This document shows positions 18,704 through 28,124 of a stretch of DNA of 64,000 nt, one piece after another. This DNA is from Candidatus Gastranaerophilales bacterium (GTDB lineage Bacteria > Cyanobacteriota > Vampirovibrionia > Gastranaerophilales > Gastranaerophilaceae). The DNA is taken from NCBI GenBank assembly GCA_944323265.1, contig CALURX010000001.1:39430-103429 (forward strand), written 5' to 3'. Numbering within the stretch: the stretch's first letter is position 1; every line of letters begins with the position of its first letter. Below the pieces are notes generated by a model. The model worked only from the letters and a program-made list of their open reading frames with translations, had not been told where the DNA came from and searched no databases. The position numbers were made by a program, and so were the translations under genes.

Positions 18704-18931
18704 CTATTTAGATGCAGCAACCGCACATGCTATAGCTAGTGCAATTTCTTCATCAGCAGAAGAAACCTTGACTTTTTCTTGAACAACTTCCTCAGGAAAA
18801 TATTTGTTTACAAACTTCAAAATATAAGCATTTAAATACATTACCCAGATCATTATGACTAAGAATATGAAAACCGTTCCCATTCCGATAGTCATAACAA
18901 AAAGTCCTTCTTTTAACAAAGTTAAATCCAT
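18704..18931 (-). CDS. oadG: OadG-family (Na+-translocating decarboxylase gamma) subunit
   Basis: GMGTVFIFLVIMI TM helix; EEIALAIACAV. Confidence 0.8.
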   Translation of the reverse strand: MDLTLLKEGLFVMTIGMGTVFIFLVIMIWVMYLNAYILKFVNKYFPEEVVQEKVKVSSADEEIALAIACAVAASK

Positions 18932-19115
18932 CTTAATATTCTCCTCATAAAATCTTTCTTTATTATCTCTTAAAAGTTAAAAAAGAGCAATAATGTTCAT
19001 ATTTTTCTCTAAACTTATTATGCCTAACATGGCGTCATTACTATACATATAACCCTTGAAATTTTTATTGTTAATAGTAAAATTATTTTAAGGGGTTAGT
19101 TTAAAGAAAGGTTAG

Positions 19116-20507
19116 ATGATGCTTAAATTAAATTACAGAAACACTGATTCGATGATTATCGGAAGCGATAACGGATTAAATCTTAGTGAAGAATTTGCAA
19201 ATTATCAACAAACAATTTCTGATATTATAAAGAATTTAAACCAGCGCAAAGATAAACCGGGTCAGTGGCTTCAGTGGATGAATTTAGGCTATAATGAAGA
19301 GACTGTTTGGTACGTAAAAGAGTTTGCCTCAATGGTCAAGGGCAGATTTGATAATATCCTTGTTCTTGGAATCGGTGGCTCTGCTCTTGGCGGTATTGCT
19401 GTTACCGAAGCTTTGTTAAAACCTTACTGGAATCTCTTAACTCCTGAGCAGAGAGACGGACTGCCAAGAATTTTCTTTCTGGATAATATTGACCCTGACA
19501 CTATGAACAGTCTTCTGGGAATACTTGATTTAAAAAGAACTCTGGTAAATGTTATTACAAAATCCGGCTCAACTGCGGAGACAATGTCTCAGTATATGAT
19601 TATTAAAAATCTTCTCGAGAAGGAACTTGGAGATGATTACAGAAAAAATATTGTAGCAACTACAGATAAAAAAGTAGGCGTTTTAAGGCAGCTTGCCGAT
19701 CAGGAAGGCTATAAAACGTTTGTTGTTCCCGATGATGTCGGGGGCAGATTCTCTGTATTTTCAGCAGTAGGGCTTGTACCGTTTGCTCTTGTCGGACTTG
19801 ATATTGACCAAATCATGAACGGCATCAAAGATATGGATCTGGCTCTTAAAAATACAGATATTAATCAAAATATTGCAGCGCAAGGCGCTTTAATACAATA
19901 TTTATTAGATACAAAAAAAGGAAAGCACCTTTCTGTAATGATGCCTTATTCAAGCAGGCTTAAATATGTTTCGGACTGGTATGTTCAATTATGGGCGGAA
20001 TCTCTCGGAAAAGAAGTAAATAATAATGGAGAAAAAGTCAATATCGGCCCGACACCGATTAAGGCTCTCGGTGCAACAGATCAACATTCCCAGATTCAAC
20101 TCTATAACGAAGGTCCAAATGATAAGGTTATTACATTCATTCGTGTAGAAAACTTTGATACAACACTGGAAATTCCAAGGATTTTTGAATATACGGGAAT
20201 AGGTTACCTCGGCGGTAAGACTATTAATGATTTGATTAACGCGGAAGCTGATTCAACAAGAGTAGCCTTGGCAGATTATTCACGACCTACGATGACCATT
20301 ACACTCCCTAAAATAGATGAATATAACGTTGCACAGCTTCTTTATATGCTGGAAGTCCAGACAGCAATTGCAGGAGAACTATATAACATTAATACATTCA
20401 ATCAACCCGGAGTTGAGCAGGCCAAAAATTACACTTATGCGCTTATGGGAAGAGCAGGGTACGAAGAATCCGCCCATACGCTGCAAGAGAAAATGGCTTC
20501 AGTTTAG
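19116..20507 (+). CDS. pgi: Glucose-6-phosphate isomerase
   Basis: LGIGGSALGG, TKSGSTAET, VGGRFSVFSAVGL, QLWAESLGK, DQHSQIQLY, NQPGVEQAK. Confidence 0.96.
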   Translation: MMLKLNYRNTDSMIIGSDNGLNLSEEFANYQQTISDIIKNLNQRKDKPGQWLQWMNLGYNEETVWYVKEFASMVKGRFDNILVLGIGGSALGGIAVTEALLKPYWNLLTPEQRDGLPRIFFLDNIDPDTMNSLLGILDLKRTLVNVITKSGSTAETMSQYMIIKNLLEKELGDDYRKNIVATTDKKVGVLRQLADQEGYKTFVVPDDVGGRFSVFSAVGLVPFALVGLDIDQIMNGIKDMDLALKNTDINQNIAAQGALIQYLLDTKKGKHLSVMMPYSSRLKYVSDWYVQLWAESLGKEVNNNGEKVNIGPTPIKALGATDQHSQIQLYNEGPNDKVITFIRVENFDTTLEIPRIFEYTGIGYLGGKTINDLINAEADSTRVALADYSRPTMTITLPKIDEYNVAQLLYMLEVQTAIAGELYNINTFNQPGVEQAKNYTYALMGRAGYEESAHTLQEKMASV

Positions 20508-20526
20508 GCTAAAAACAAACCTGGCC

Positions 20527-21279
20527 TTAGATTTTATGTTGTCTTTCTGTTTGTAGAACTTTTTTTAGTTTCTCGCACAGCAACGCAAGCTTCTCTTCAA
20601 AACCAAAGTCTTTTGAATCATACTTTTTGTTCACATAAGTTATGTTATCAAGTTTCTCAATTTGAGCATCTATTTGAGGTTCAGCTTGTTTAACATTGCG
20701 TTCGCTTAACAGATTGTACCTAAAAAACTGTAATATATTTATCTTATCATCTGCTTTTTTATTTTGTAAAAAATTATCCAAACTCTCTTTGGTTAAAACA
20801 TTTTTCCCTGTAATATTTTGTGAATAAAAATTCCAAACCTCTTTACTATCTTGTATATGATTATTTATATAAATATTTCTTGCTAAAAATTTTGGATTAC
20901 AGATTTCATTAAAAAATGATTGGGTAATTTTTAAGAAGTTCTGGGCTGAACTTTGGCGAATGCATTCTCCCCATATATTATGAGGAAGATAAAGAACATA
21001 ACCTCTTATCTTTTTTTTAGCCCCAAGCAAAAGTGATAGTCTGGAATGGAAAGAATCCTCCGCATTTAAAACTTCAACGCCTATTTTACCGCCGGCTGTC
21101 TCTTTTAAGGCCGTTTTAAACTTAGAAGTCTTAATTTCACGTTCTACAAATTTATCATGCAAATTTTTATAGAATTGCAGATTTAAACTTACAGCCTTTT
21201 GCAGTCTTTCTTGCTGTGTTCCTTTTAGTACGGATAGCGGGAGTGATGTCCTGATTTTATTTATAGTAAAATTAGTCAT
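20527..21279 (-). CDS. Hypothetical lineage-specific protein
   Basis: 250-aa ORF directly downstream of rnpB; no recognisable motif. Confidence 0.7.
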   Translation of the reverse strand: MTNFTINKIRTSLPLSVLKGTQQERLQKAVSLNLQFYKNLHDKFVEREIKTSKFKTALKETAGGKIGVEVLNAEDSFHSRLSLLLGAKKKIRGYVLYLPHNIWGECIRQSSAQNFLKITQSFFNEICNPKFLARNIYINNHIQDSKEVWNFYSQNITGKNVLTKESLDNFLQNKKADDKINILQFFRYNLLSERNVKQAEPQIDAQIEKLDNITYVNKKYDSKDFGFEEKLALLCEKLKKVLQTERQHKI

Positions 21280-21326
21280 ATTAACTTAAATCATATAAAA
21301 ATATTTTTTGCTAGTATAATAAAAAA

Positions 21327-21679
21327 GAATAAAGCAGCTCATAAGCCGTGTTCTGTTCAGGATTTCTCCCTAATAATCATCTGTCTGGTACCGGAATTAC
21401 TCCCGGTCTCTAGCGATTTTTCAAGCATCGGCGGACACCTCAAGCGCTTGATTCAATCTTGCATCCGGCCGGGGTTTAGCTAGCCGGTACCTTCCGGTAC
21501 CGCTGGTGAAGCTCTTAACTCACCGTTGCACCATCGCTCTTACCTTATCGGCAGTGAGCAGTATATTTCCTGTGCCACTTTCCGCCAGCTCACGCTGCCC
21601 GGAGTTTCTCCGGCGGCCTGTCCTTGGATGCACGGACTTTCCTCACCCGAATGGGCGCGATTATCCGGCTGCTTTATTC
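21327..21679 (-). ncRNA. rnpB: RNase P RNA (class A)
   Basis: Minus strand GAGGAAAGTCC...GGAAAGTGGCACAG...AGCTAAACCCC...CAGAACACGGCTTA, with P1 GAATAAAGCAGC/GCTGCTTTATTC. Confidence 0.97.
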
Positions 21680-22735
21680 TTATTCATTATAGCATAACTC
21701 TTCTACATCTAAAACTGTTTTTAATTTCAGGGCATAAATATCCGGCCTGTTTAAGAGTGCAAGCTTTACTGCATCCTTCTCCGTTGTAACAATTTCACCA
21801 TCTATTCCGGCTATATCATCTTGTGTATACTGATGGTGGTCATCAAAAGTTATTTTTGATTTAATATTATAATCTCTTTCCAAGAATTTATAAAATTGTT
21901 CAGGCTGGCCGATTGCAGACATTGCTGTAATCTCTTTCCCCTTCTCAAGATGTTCTCCTGTCATAATATTATAAGCATAGTCCGGCTCTACCTTTGCAAT
22001 AAAAACCCTTGTTCCCTCTCCTGCGGGGAGGGTTAGGGAGGGGGAAAGTCGTTTTTCAAATATTCTTTTAAGCTTCTCTGCTCTTGTATGGTCTGTATTT
22101 TTGCTCACGATAACAAGTCTATCCAGCCTTTTAAAGCCTTCTGTTCCTTCCCTTAAGGGCCCTGCAGGAAGCAGATTTTCATTTCCGAACATTTTCTCTG
22201 AATCAACCAGAACAATATCCAAATCTCTGTACATTTTTCTGTGCTGAAACCCATCATCCAGAATTATTCTGGTAACTCCGAGCTCTTCTATGGCGTAATT
22301 GGCTGCCTTTACCCGGTTTGAGCAGGTTAAAACAGCGCACATATTTAGATTAACAGCAAGCCAGTAAGGCTCATCTCCTGCCATATCGGCTTTATAATAT
22401 AGATTAATTCCGTCTGATATTACATTTACTTTTTTATTATCTAATTTTCCGCCATAACCGCGAGAGATGATTGCGACTTTTTCGCCTTTTTCTACAAAAG
22501 ATTTTGCAATCTCTGCGACTACAGGAGTTTTGCCGACCCCGCCGGTTGTAAAATTTCCGACAGATATTACATAAGCTTTAACCCTTTGAGGCTTTAAAAT
22601 ATTCCTATCATATAATTCATTCTTAAGCCTGCTTCCAAATCCGTAAAAAACAGAACAAAGCTTAAGGAGGTTAAACAACAGCCCCTTTGGTTCTTTTGTA
22701 TAATGTAACTTTGTAATCTCTGTTTTTAAATTCAT
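21680..22735 (-). CDS. lpxK: Tetraacyldisaccharide 4'-kinase
   Basis: ISVGNFTTGGVGKTP, SRGYG, GDEP, LDDGFQH, LLPAGPLRE, FDDHHQY, TTEKDAVK. Confidence 0.95.
   Translation of the reverse strand: MNLKTEITKLHYTKEPKGLLFNLLKLCSVFYGFGSRLKNELYDRNILKPQRVKAYVISVGNFTTGGVGKTPVVAEIAKSFVEKGEKVAIISRGYGGKLDNKKVNVISDGINLYYKADMAGDEPYWLAVNLNMCAVLTCSNRVKAANYAIEELGVTRIILDDGFQHRKMYRDLDIVLVDSEKMFGNENLLPAGPLREGTEGFKRLDRLVIVSKNTDHTRAEKLKRIFEKRLSPSLTLPAGEGTRVFIAKVEPDYAYNIMTGEHLEKGKEITAMSAIGQPEQFYKFLERDYNIKSKITFDDHHQYTQDDIAGIDGEIVTTEKDAVKLALLNRPDIYALKLKTVLDVEELCYNE
22011..22048. repeat. REP-like GC-rich element within lpxK
   Basis: GTTCCCTCTCCTGCGGGGAGGGTTAGGGAGGGGGAAAG; related intergenic copy at about 50709-50745 (TTCCCTCCC...GGAGGGTTAGGGTGGGG). 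Confidence 0.7.
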
Positions 22736-22737
22736 AA

Positions 22738-23826
22738 TTATAATCCTGTTTTTGAATCAAGGTTAAAATAATCTACTAAATCAAGTATTGCCGAAATTTC
22801 TTTATAAAATTTCTCTACGGTGGAAGCATCACTCACATTTTTATAAAGGTCTCCAAGTTCAAAAAAATCTTTATCAGAATATATTGCTATCATAATGCTG
22901 TTATTATAAAACGAACATTTTACTGTATCTGCCCTCATTACATTTTTTAATTTAGTGAACTTTTCTATAAAACTTGGAGTTAGCAAATATCTTGCCTCTA
23001 CTTCGTCTTCAGAAAATACTTTAAAATGTTTGGCAAAGTCTGTACTTTCAAGTTTAATATCACTTTTGCTTTCTTTTTTAGTTAACCCCAGATTAGAATA
23101 TAAGTAAATAAACAGAGCACAAATTACACCGCTGATTATCCCCAAAATCAAGCCTTCCAAGCTGAAATGCATTTTGATTAAAAGTGTTACAAAACCCAGT
23201 ACAAAACCCAGCAATGCTTTAAATAAAGATGGAGAGCCTTCTCTTTGAGTAACAATTATTGTTCTTTGAGAGATATTCTTATTAGAATTAAATTTAATTA
23301 TCAGTCCTTTAAATACAATATTCGGGCGTGTAAAGCCGTCATTCCACACAAGCTGGCTTTCAGAAACACAAAATCCTACTCCTTTATATATCCCTCTAAA
23401 TTCATCATCATTCTTACGCTGCGTAAACTTGGAGAATAAGCCGCTTTCACCAAGTTCATTATCAGGCAACACCTCTGAAAATGCTTTATTCCTCTGCCAT
23501 AAGTTTATTTCTGCAAAAGCCTTAATGACTGCTGAAAAATAATCATTTTTCAATTTTGTAGTATATATTTTTTTTTGAGGATTGGCTAGAAACCATACAA
23601 CCATTAAAAATATAGTAACAAAAATTCCTAAAAATACCGCTTCTATAATATTTTTATTGTCATAATAAGCTAAAACTGCAAGCATAATGCCAAAGAGAGG
23701 AGAAAACAAACACATTTGAATTAAAACTTTCGATAACAGCTGTCTTCTGAAAATCTCAATATCTTCAATTTTGGGGTAAATGTCATTGAAATAAATATTA
23801 TAAAGACTCTCTTGTTTTTCTAACAT
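22738..23826 (-). CDS. DUF3137-like membrane protein
   Basis: Two TM pairs, FKGLIIKF, FKVFSEDEVEARYLLTPSFIE, DFFELG. Confidence 0.8.
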   Translation of the reverse strand: MLEKQESLYNIYFNDIYPKIEDIEIFRRQLLSKVLIQMCLFSPLFGIMLAVLAYYDNKNIIEAVFLGIFVTIFLMVVWFLANPQKKIYTTKLKNDYFSAVIKAFAEINLWQRNKAFSEVLPDNELGESGLFSKFTQRKNDDEFRGIYKGVGFCVSESQLVWNDGFTRPNIVFKGLIIKFNSNKNISQRTIIVTQREGSPSLFKALLGFVLGFVTLLIKMHFSLEGLILGIISGVICALFIYLYSNLGLTKKESKSDIKLESTDFAKHFKVFSEDEVEARYLLTPSFIEKFTKLKNVMRADTVKCSFYNNSIMIAIYSDKDFFELGDLYKNVSDASTVEKFYKEISAILDLVDYFNLDSKTGL

Positions 23827-24567
23827 CTAGCACCTGGTCCCTTCAACCATAAGCCGGAATTGCTCAAAATCTTCCATAGTATCAATGCCTACAGGAACAT
23901 TTTTTACTACAGCTACTTTAATTTTCATGCCATTTTGTAGCGCTCTTAACTGTTCTAGACTTTCTGAAATCTCACAAGAGGATTGCGCGAGCTGAGTCAT
24001 CCTGAAAAGAGCCTCTCTTTTATAGCCGTATATTCCCAAATGACCGTAAAATACCCCCTTATTATCCCCTCTTTCATAAGGAATTTTTGAGCGGGAAAAA
24101 TACATTGCATAATTATTTACATCAAAAACACACTTTACAAGATTTGGATTATTAATCTCATCCTCAGCTGTAATTTTCCTTACAAGAGTTGAAATATCAG
24201 CCTTATCATCATCTTTAACCCCTCTGATTACAAGTTCTATATTTTCAACTTCAATCAACGGCTCATCACCCTGCAAATTGATAATATAATCAATTTCCGG
24301 ATGCCTTTGTGCAACTTCTGCAATCCTGTCACTGCCGGATTTATGGTCTTTTGATGTCATTTCAACTTCCGCGCCAAAGTCTTTACACGCTTTATAAATT
24401 CTATCATCATCCGTTGCTATGATAACCCTGTCAGCAAGCTTACAGGAAGAGGCTTTTTCCCAAACCCATTGAATTATAGGCTTATTGCATGCTTTAAGCA
24501 GAGGTTTTCCTTCTAATCTTGATGAACCGTATCTTGCCGGAATAATTATTGCTGTTTGATTTTTCAC
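23827..24567 (-). CDS. kdsB: 3-deoxy-manno-octulosonate cytidylyltransferase
   Basis: IIPARYGSSRLEGKPL, SGSDRIAEV, NLQGDEP, HLGIYGY, ESLEQLRAL. Confidence 0.96.
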   Translation of the reverse strand: MKNQTAIIIPARYGSSRLEGKPLLKACNKPIIQWVWEKASSCKLADRVIIATDDDRIYKACKDFGAEVEMTSKDHKSGSDRIAEVAQRHPEIDYIINLQGDEPLIEVENIELVIRGVKDDDKADISTLVRKITAEDEINNPNLVKCVFDVNNYAMYFSRSKIPYERGDNKGVFYGHLGIYGYKREALFRMTQLAQSSCEISESLEQLRALQNGMKIKVAVVKNVPVGIDTMEDFEQFRLMVEGTRC

Positions 24568-24576
24568 TATAACTCC

Positions 24577-25443
24577 TTACTTTGTAGCATTTATAAAGAC
24601 AGCGTTTGTCTTAAGACTGATTTCTCTGCCGGTCAGATAATTTTGAACATCCTGCATATACTTTTCAACAGTTGCTTCATCAAAATATCTCAGATATCTT
24701 TCCTTTGTTGAAGGCTGATCCGGAGACGGCGGATTAATAAACCATTCTCTTACCATATTCGGCTGTACAACGTATTTTGAGCGGACTTCCTGTAATTTAA
24801 CTTCCGGAATAGAAAATCCAGCTATTTCCAGGTTCATTTTGAGCGTATTTTCATCAAAATTACAAAGAGAATCTGCGGGATTTTCCATTATCTCATTTTC
24901 TACACGCTTAAAATCCTCATATTTATCTACATAAGCAGGATCTAATATTTCCCAATAACGAGTATTAGAGCGAATTATAGGTTCAAAAGCACAAAGTTTT
25001 CCGCCGGGTTTAAGAACTCTGTAAATTTCATTAATTGCGGGCTGTTTGTTCACTACATGGACAAGCACTGAACGCATTAAAGCTTTATGAACAGAGCTTT
25101 CCGGTAACGCTATGTGTTCAACCGGACATTTTAATAGTTCATAGCCAGTTGTAACTCCCGAAGCATCTAGAATTTTCTTGCAATCATCAAGACAATCCTG
25201 AAACATATCGGAAAAAATCACTTTTCCTTTGCAATCCTGCAGCTCTAAGGCTTTAAAAGCAAGCATACCTGTACCTGTACCAATATCCAAAACAATATCA
25301 TAAGGCTTAATTTCTGCATATACAAGAATTACATCTCTGACTGCTTCCAGCCACTTCATTGTTTGAGCCTGCATTTCAGGTGTCTGTCCGGCAAACCGGT
25401 TTTGTTTAAGCCACTGGGTCCAGTTTTTACAAATCTCACTCAT
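24577..25443 (-). CDS. Class I SAM-dependent methyltransferase
   Basis: VLDIGTGTG, EIYRVLKPGG. Confidence 0.88.
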   Translation of the reverse strand: MSEICKNWTQWLKQNRFAGQTPEMQAQTMKWLEAVRDVILVYAEIKPYDIVLDIGTGTGMLAFKALELQDCKGKVIFSDMFQDCLDDCKKILDASGVTTGYELLKCPVEHIALPESSVHKALMRSVLVHVVNKQPAINEIYRVLKPGGKLCAFEPIIRSNTRYWEILDPAYVDKYEDFKRVENEIMENPADSLCNFDENTLKMNLEIAGFSIPEVKLQEVRSKYVVQPNMVREWFINPPSPDQPSTKERYLRYFDEATVEKYMQDVQNYLTGREISLKTNAVFINATK

Positions 25444-25557
25444 CTCTACTTCCTCAAATTTAGGGATTGCACCTGATTATTATACAATAATTACTAAAAC
25501 TTAGCAATAAAAAAGACCTTCCATTATGGAAAGTCTTTTTCTTGAAGCTTTTACAAA

Positions 25558-25812
25558 CTACACAGCGTAAACTGAAACTTGTTTTCTGTCACGTCTGTGC
25601 GGTTCAAACTTAACCTGACCGTCAATAAGAGCGAACAAAGTATCATCAGATCCGATACCTACATTGTTACCCGGATGGATTTTAGTTCCTCTTTGGCGAA
25701 CAAGAATATTTCCGGCTTTAACAATTTCACCGCCGAATTTTTTAACGCCCAATCGCTTCGCTTCGGAATCGCGGCCGTTTCGGGTTGAACCCATACCTTT
25801 CTTATGTGCCAT
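25558..25812 (-). CDS. rpmA: 50S ribosomal protein L27
   Basis: [26 protein letters not shown]. Confidence 0.98.
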   Translation of the reverse strand: MAHKKGMGSTRNGRDSEAKRLGVKKFGGEIVKAGNILVRQRGTKIHPGNNVGIGSDDTLFALIDGQVKFEPHRRDRKQVSVYAV

Positions 25813-25890
25813 TTTTATATCTCCTTTATTTTTAATCTAGATTAGCAGATTCACATTAAGGCATGATTTATGCCGTCAGGGAATCCTTAC

Positions 25891-26247
25891 TTATGCTTCT
25901 GTTGTTTCAGCAGCTTCAGCTTTAGCCTTGGAAGCAGTTGTTCTGATTTTATTAATCATAACTCTTGCAAAACCTTGTCTGTGGCCTTGTTTTTTTCTGT
26001 AGCCTTTTTTAGGTCTTTGTTTGTAAACAATGATTTTCTTTGCTCTGTCAGTTTTCAGGATTGTGCCTTCAACTTTTGCATTTGCAACATAAGGCTGACC
26101 TACTTTTGACTTTTTGCCGTTAACAATCATAACGACCTTATCAAAAACAACTTTAGCGTCTTTTTCTTCGCCTAACAATTCAACGTCAACATAACGTCCT
26201 TCTTCAACTTGGTATTGTTTACCGCCTGTTTCGACTATTGCGTACAT
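25891..26247 (-). CDS. rplU: 50S ribosomal protein L21
   Basis: MYAIVETGGKQYQV, GYRKKQGHRQ. Confidence 0.98.
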   Translation of the reverse strand: MYAIVETGGKQYQVEEGRYVDVELLGEEKDAKVVFDKVVMIVNGKKSKVGQPYVANAKVEGTILKTDRAKKIIVYKQRPKKGYRKKQGHRQGFARVMINKIRTTASKAKAEAAETTEA

Positions 26248-26444
26248 TTGTACTTCCTTTCTTTTTGAGGAATCGTAACCCCTGCTTTGCAGAATCTGGT
26301 ATTAAGTTTTACACCAATACCGCACCTTTTGTTTTAATTCCGCACCCGGGATTTTAAGCACGATTTACCTATCTATACACTATTTATACATATAGTTTTA
26401 ACATAAGCTATTTACGGCTGTCAAGGGCATGGAGTTAAGTTTTG

Positions 26445-26939
26445 TTACAAATCAACAAGCCAATCTGCAAGATTCCGAATTTCACCATAAGGCATATTTT
26501 TTAAGACAGGGGCTGTATCAAGATTTTCTTTTATCGGTTCTATGGAGATTTGTCCGTCATTATATACAGAGCTAAAATTTTTTCCAGTATTAACACAATA
26601 GGGAACTTTAACTATGTTGTCCCTGCATAAATAAGCAAGCCCATGCACTCTGCATATTATAGGTCTATAATTGTACACGCTACATTTTTTATCAATCAAA
26701 AATGGACATGCACCTCCTGACTGAAAATGCTTGAAATTTTCTTGAACAAGCCTTTTCATATCAAGACTTAACTCCGCAAACCCTTGCATTAAATACTCTA
26801 GCTCTATCTGCGAGATAGGATAATCTCCCTGCTCGCAGCATTCAGAACACCAGCATCTGCAGCAGATATAATCCTTTTGGACCTCAAAGTAAGATGCGAG
26901 TTTTTTATCAAACTCTTTCAGGAACTCTTGATAAGACAA
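26445..26939 (-). CDS. YkgJ-family (zinc/iron-chelating) cysteine cluster protein
   Basis: CRCWCSECC, ACPFL...CSVYNYRPIICR. Confidence 0.85.
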   Translation of the reverse strand: MSYQEFLKEFDKKLASYFEVQKDYICCRCWCSECCEQGDYPISQIELEYLMQGFAELSLDMKRLVQENFKHFQSGGACPFLIDKKCSVYNYRPIICRVHGLAYLCRDNIVKVPYCVNTGKNFSSVYNDGQISIEPIKENLDTAPVLKNMPYGEIRNLADWLVDL

Positions 26940-26959
26940 CAGGTACCTCTTATTTTTCT

Positions 26960-27631
26960 CTAGCCCTTATTACGACCCCAAAAGCGAGCCCAAAAACTTC
27001 TTGACGGATGGCTTTCCAATAGTTCAATACGTTTTGACAACTCTTTATTATGTTCTAAAAGTTCCTGAACCTGCTTTGCAAGGATTTCATTATCTCTCTT
27101 ATATCCGCCTGCTTCTATAAGACGATTTGCCATGTCAGAATTAGTTATATCATCGCTTATTTTCTTTGCAACAGCCTCTGCAAGCATTTGGAGTGTCTGA
27201 CTGGAGACATCCAGAGTAAAACTTTTGCCCTGCGGTATAATATTGGGCTGTACAGATTCATTTGTTTCTTGCGGAATTATCTCCGCACTTTTTACTACTG
27301 CCTGCTCCGGTGCTTCTTCAGTTTGCTCGTCAATATTTAAAGGCTGCTGAATCGGCGCTTCCTTTTTCTCTACCTTTGCCTCCATCCTTGAAAGCTTTGC
27401 AATAATCTGTTCATCGCTGTAGCCCTGCGCTTTTAAAGATATCCCTTTTTTTATTTTCTCCAAAGCTAAATCATCATAAAACTCCAGCCCATCTTCGTCT
27501 TCATATATTGATTCTATCTTCCAATCTTCCAAAAACAAGTCCAGAGAATGCTTATCAATATAATAATTCTCAGAATTTAAACTTTTCAAAATTGATTCTC
27601 TATTAAACATTCCCCACACCTCTTTCTGCAC
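26960..27631 (-). CDS. Hypothetical protein (MerR-like N-terminus, coiled-coil, amphipathic C-terminus)
   Basis: FYDDLALEKIKKGISLKAQGYSDEQII resembles a MerR wing; C-terminal SFWARFWG. Confidence 0.65.
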   Translation of the reverse strand: MQKEVWGMFNRESILKSLNSENYYIDKHSLDLFLEDWKIESIYEDEDGLEFYDDLALEKIKKGISLKAQGYSDEQIIAKLSRMEAKVEKKEAPIQQPLNIDEQTEEAPEQAVVKSAEIIPQETNESVQPNIIPQGKSFTLDVSSQTLQMLAEAVAKKISDDITNSDMANRLIEAGGYKRDNEILAKQVQELLEHNKELSKRIELLESHPSRSFWARFWGRNKG

Positions 27632-27653
27632 AAAACAAAGTCATCTATTCTCA

Positions 27654-28124
27654 CTAACCCCTTTTTCCGCTTAATCTTGCGATATCGCGTTCTTGGGTTC
27701 TTTTTGCAATGGATTCCCGCTTATCGTATAGCTTCTTACCCTTTGCAAGACCCAGCTCTATTTTAGCAAAACCATGAGTTAAAAACAATTCCAAAGGAAC
27801 AATTGTTACACCGTCCTTTTTAACTTTGTCTTGAATCTTTAAAATCTCACGTTTTTGCAGCAGTAATTTCCGCACCCTTTCCGGCTTATGGTTAAAACGA
27901 TTACCCTGTTCATAAGGCGAAATGTGCATTCCGTATAAAAAAACTTCATTATTTTCAATTTTTGCAAAAGAATCTTTAAGATTAATTGTCCCTTTTCTGA
28001 TTGACTTAATTTCAGTTCCTGTAAGAACAATTCCTGCTATGTACTTATCAAAAATCAAAAAATCGTGAAAAGCTTTTCTGTTTGTTGAAATTACTTTCTT
28101 ATCCATAGCTGTATTATAATTCAA
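27654..28124 (-). CDS. smpB: SsrA-binding protein
   Basis: NRKAFHDF, GIVLTGTEIKSIR, RKLLLQKREI, KGKKLYDKR. Confidence 0.97.
   Translation of the reverse strand: MNYNTAMDKKVISTNRKAFHDFLIFDKYIAGIVLTGTEIKSIRKGTINLKDSFAKIENNEVFLYGMHISPYEQGNRFNHKPERVRKLLLQKREILKIQDKVKKDGVTIVPLELFLTHGFAKIELGLAKGKKLYDKRESIAKRTQERDIARLSGKRG

Noticed and set aside
21506-21789. Plus-strand ORFs of 63 and 87 aa
   Set aside because: Antisense to RNase P RNA and the lpxK end
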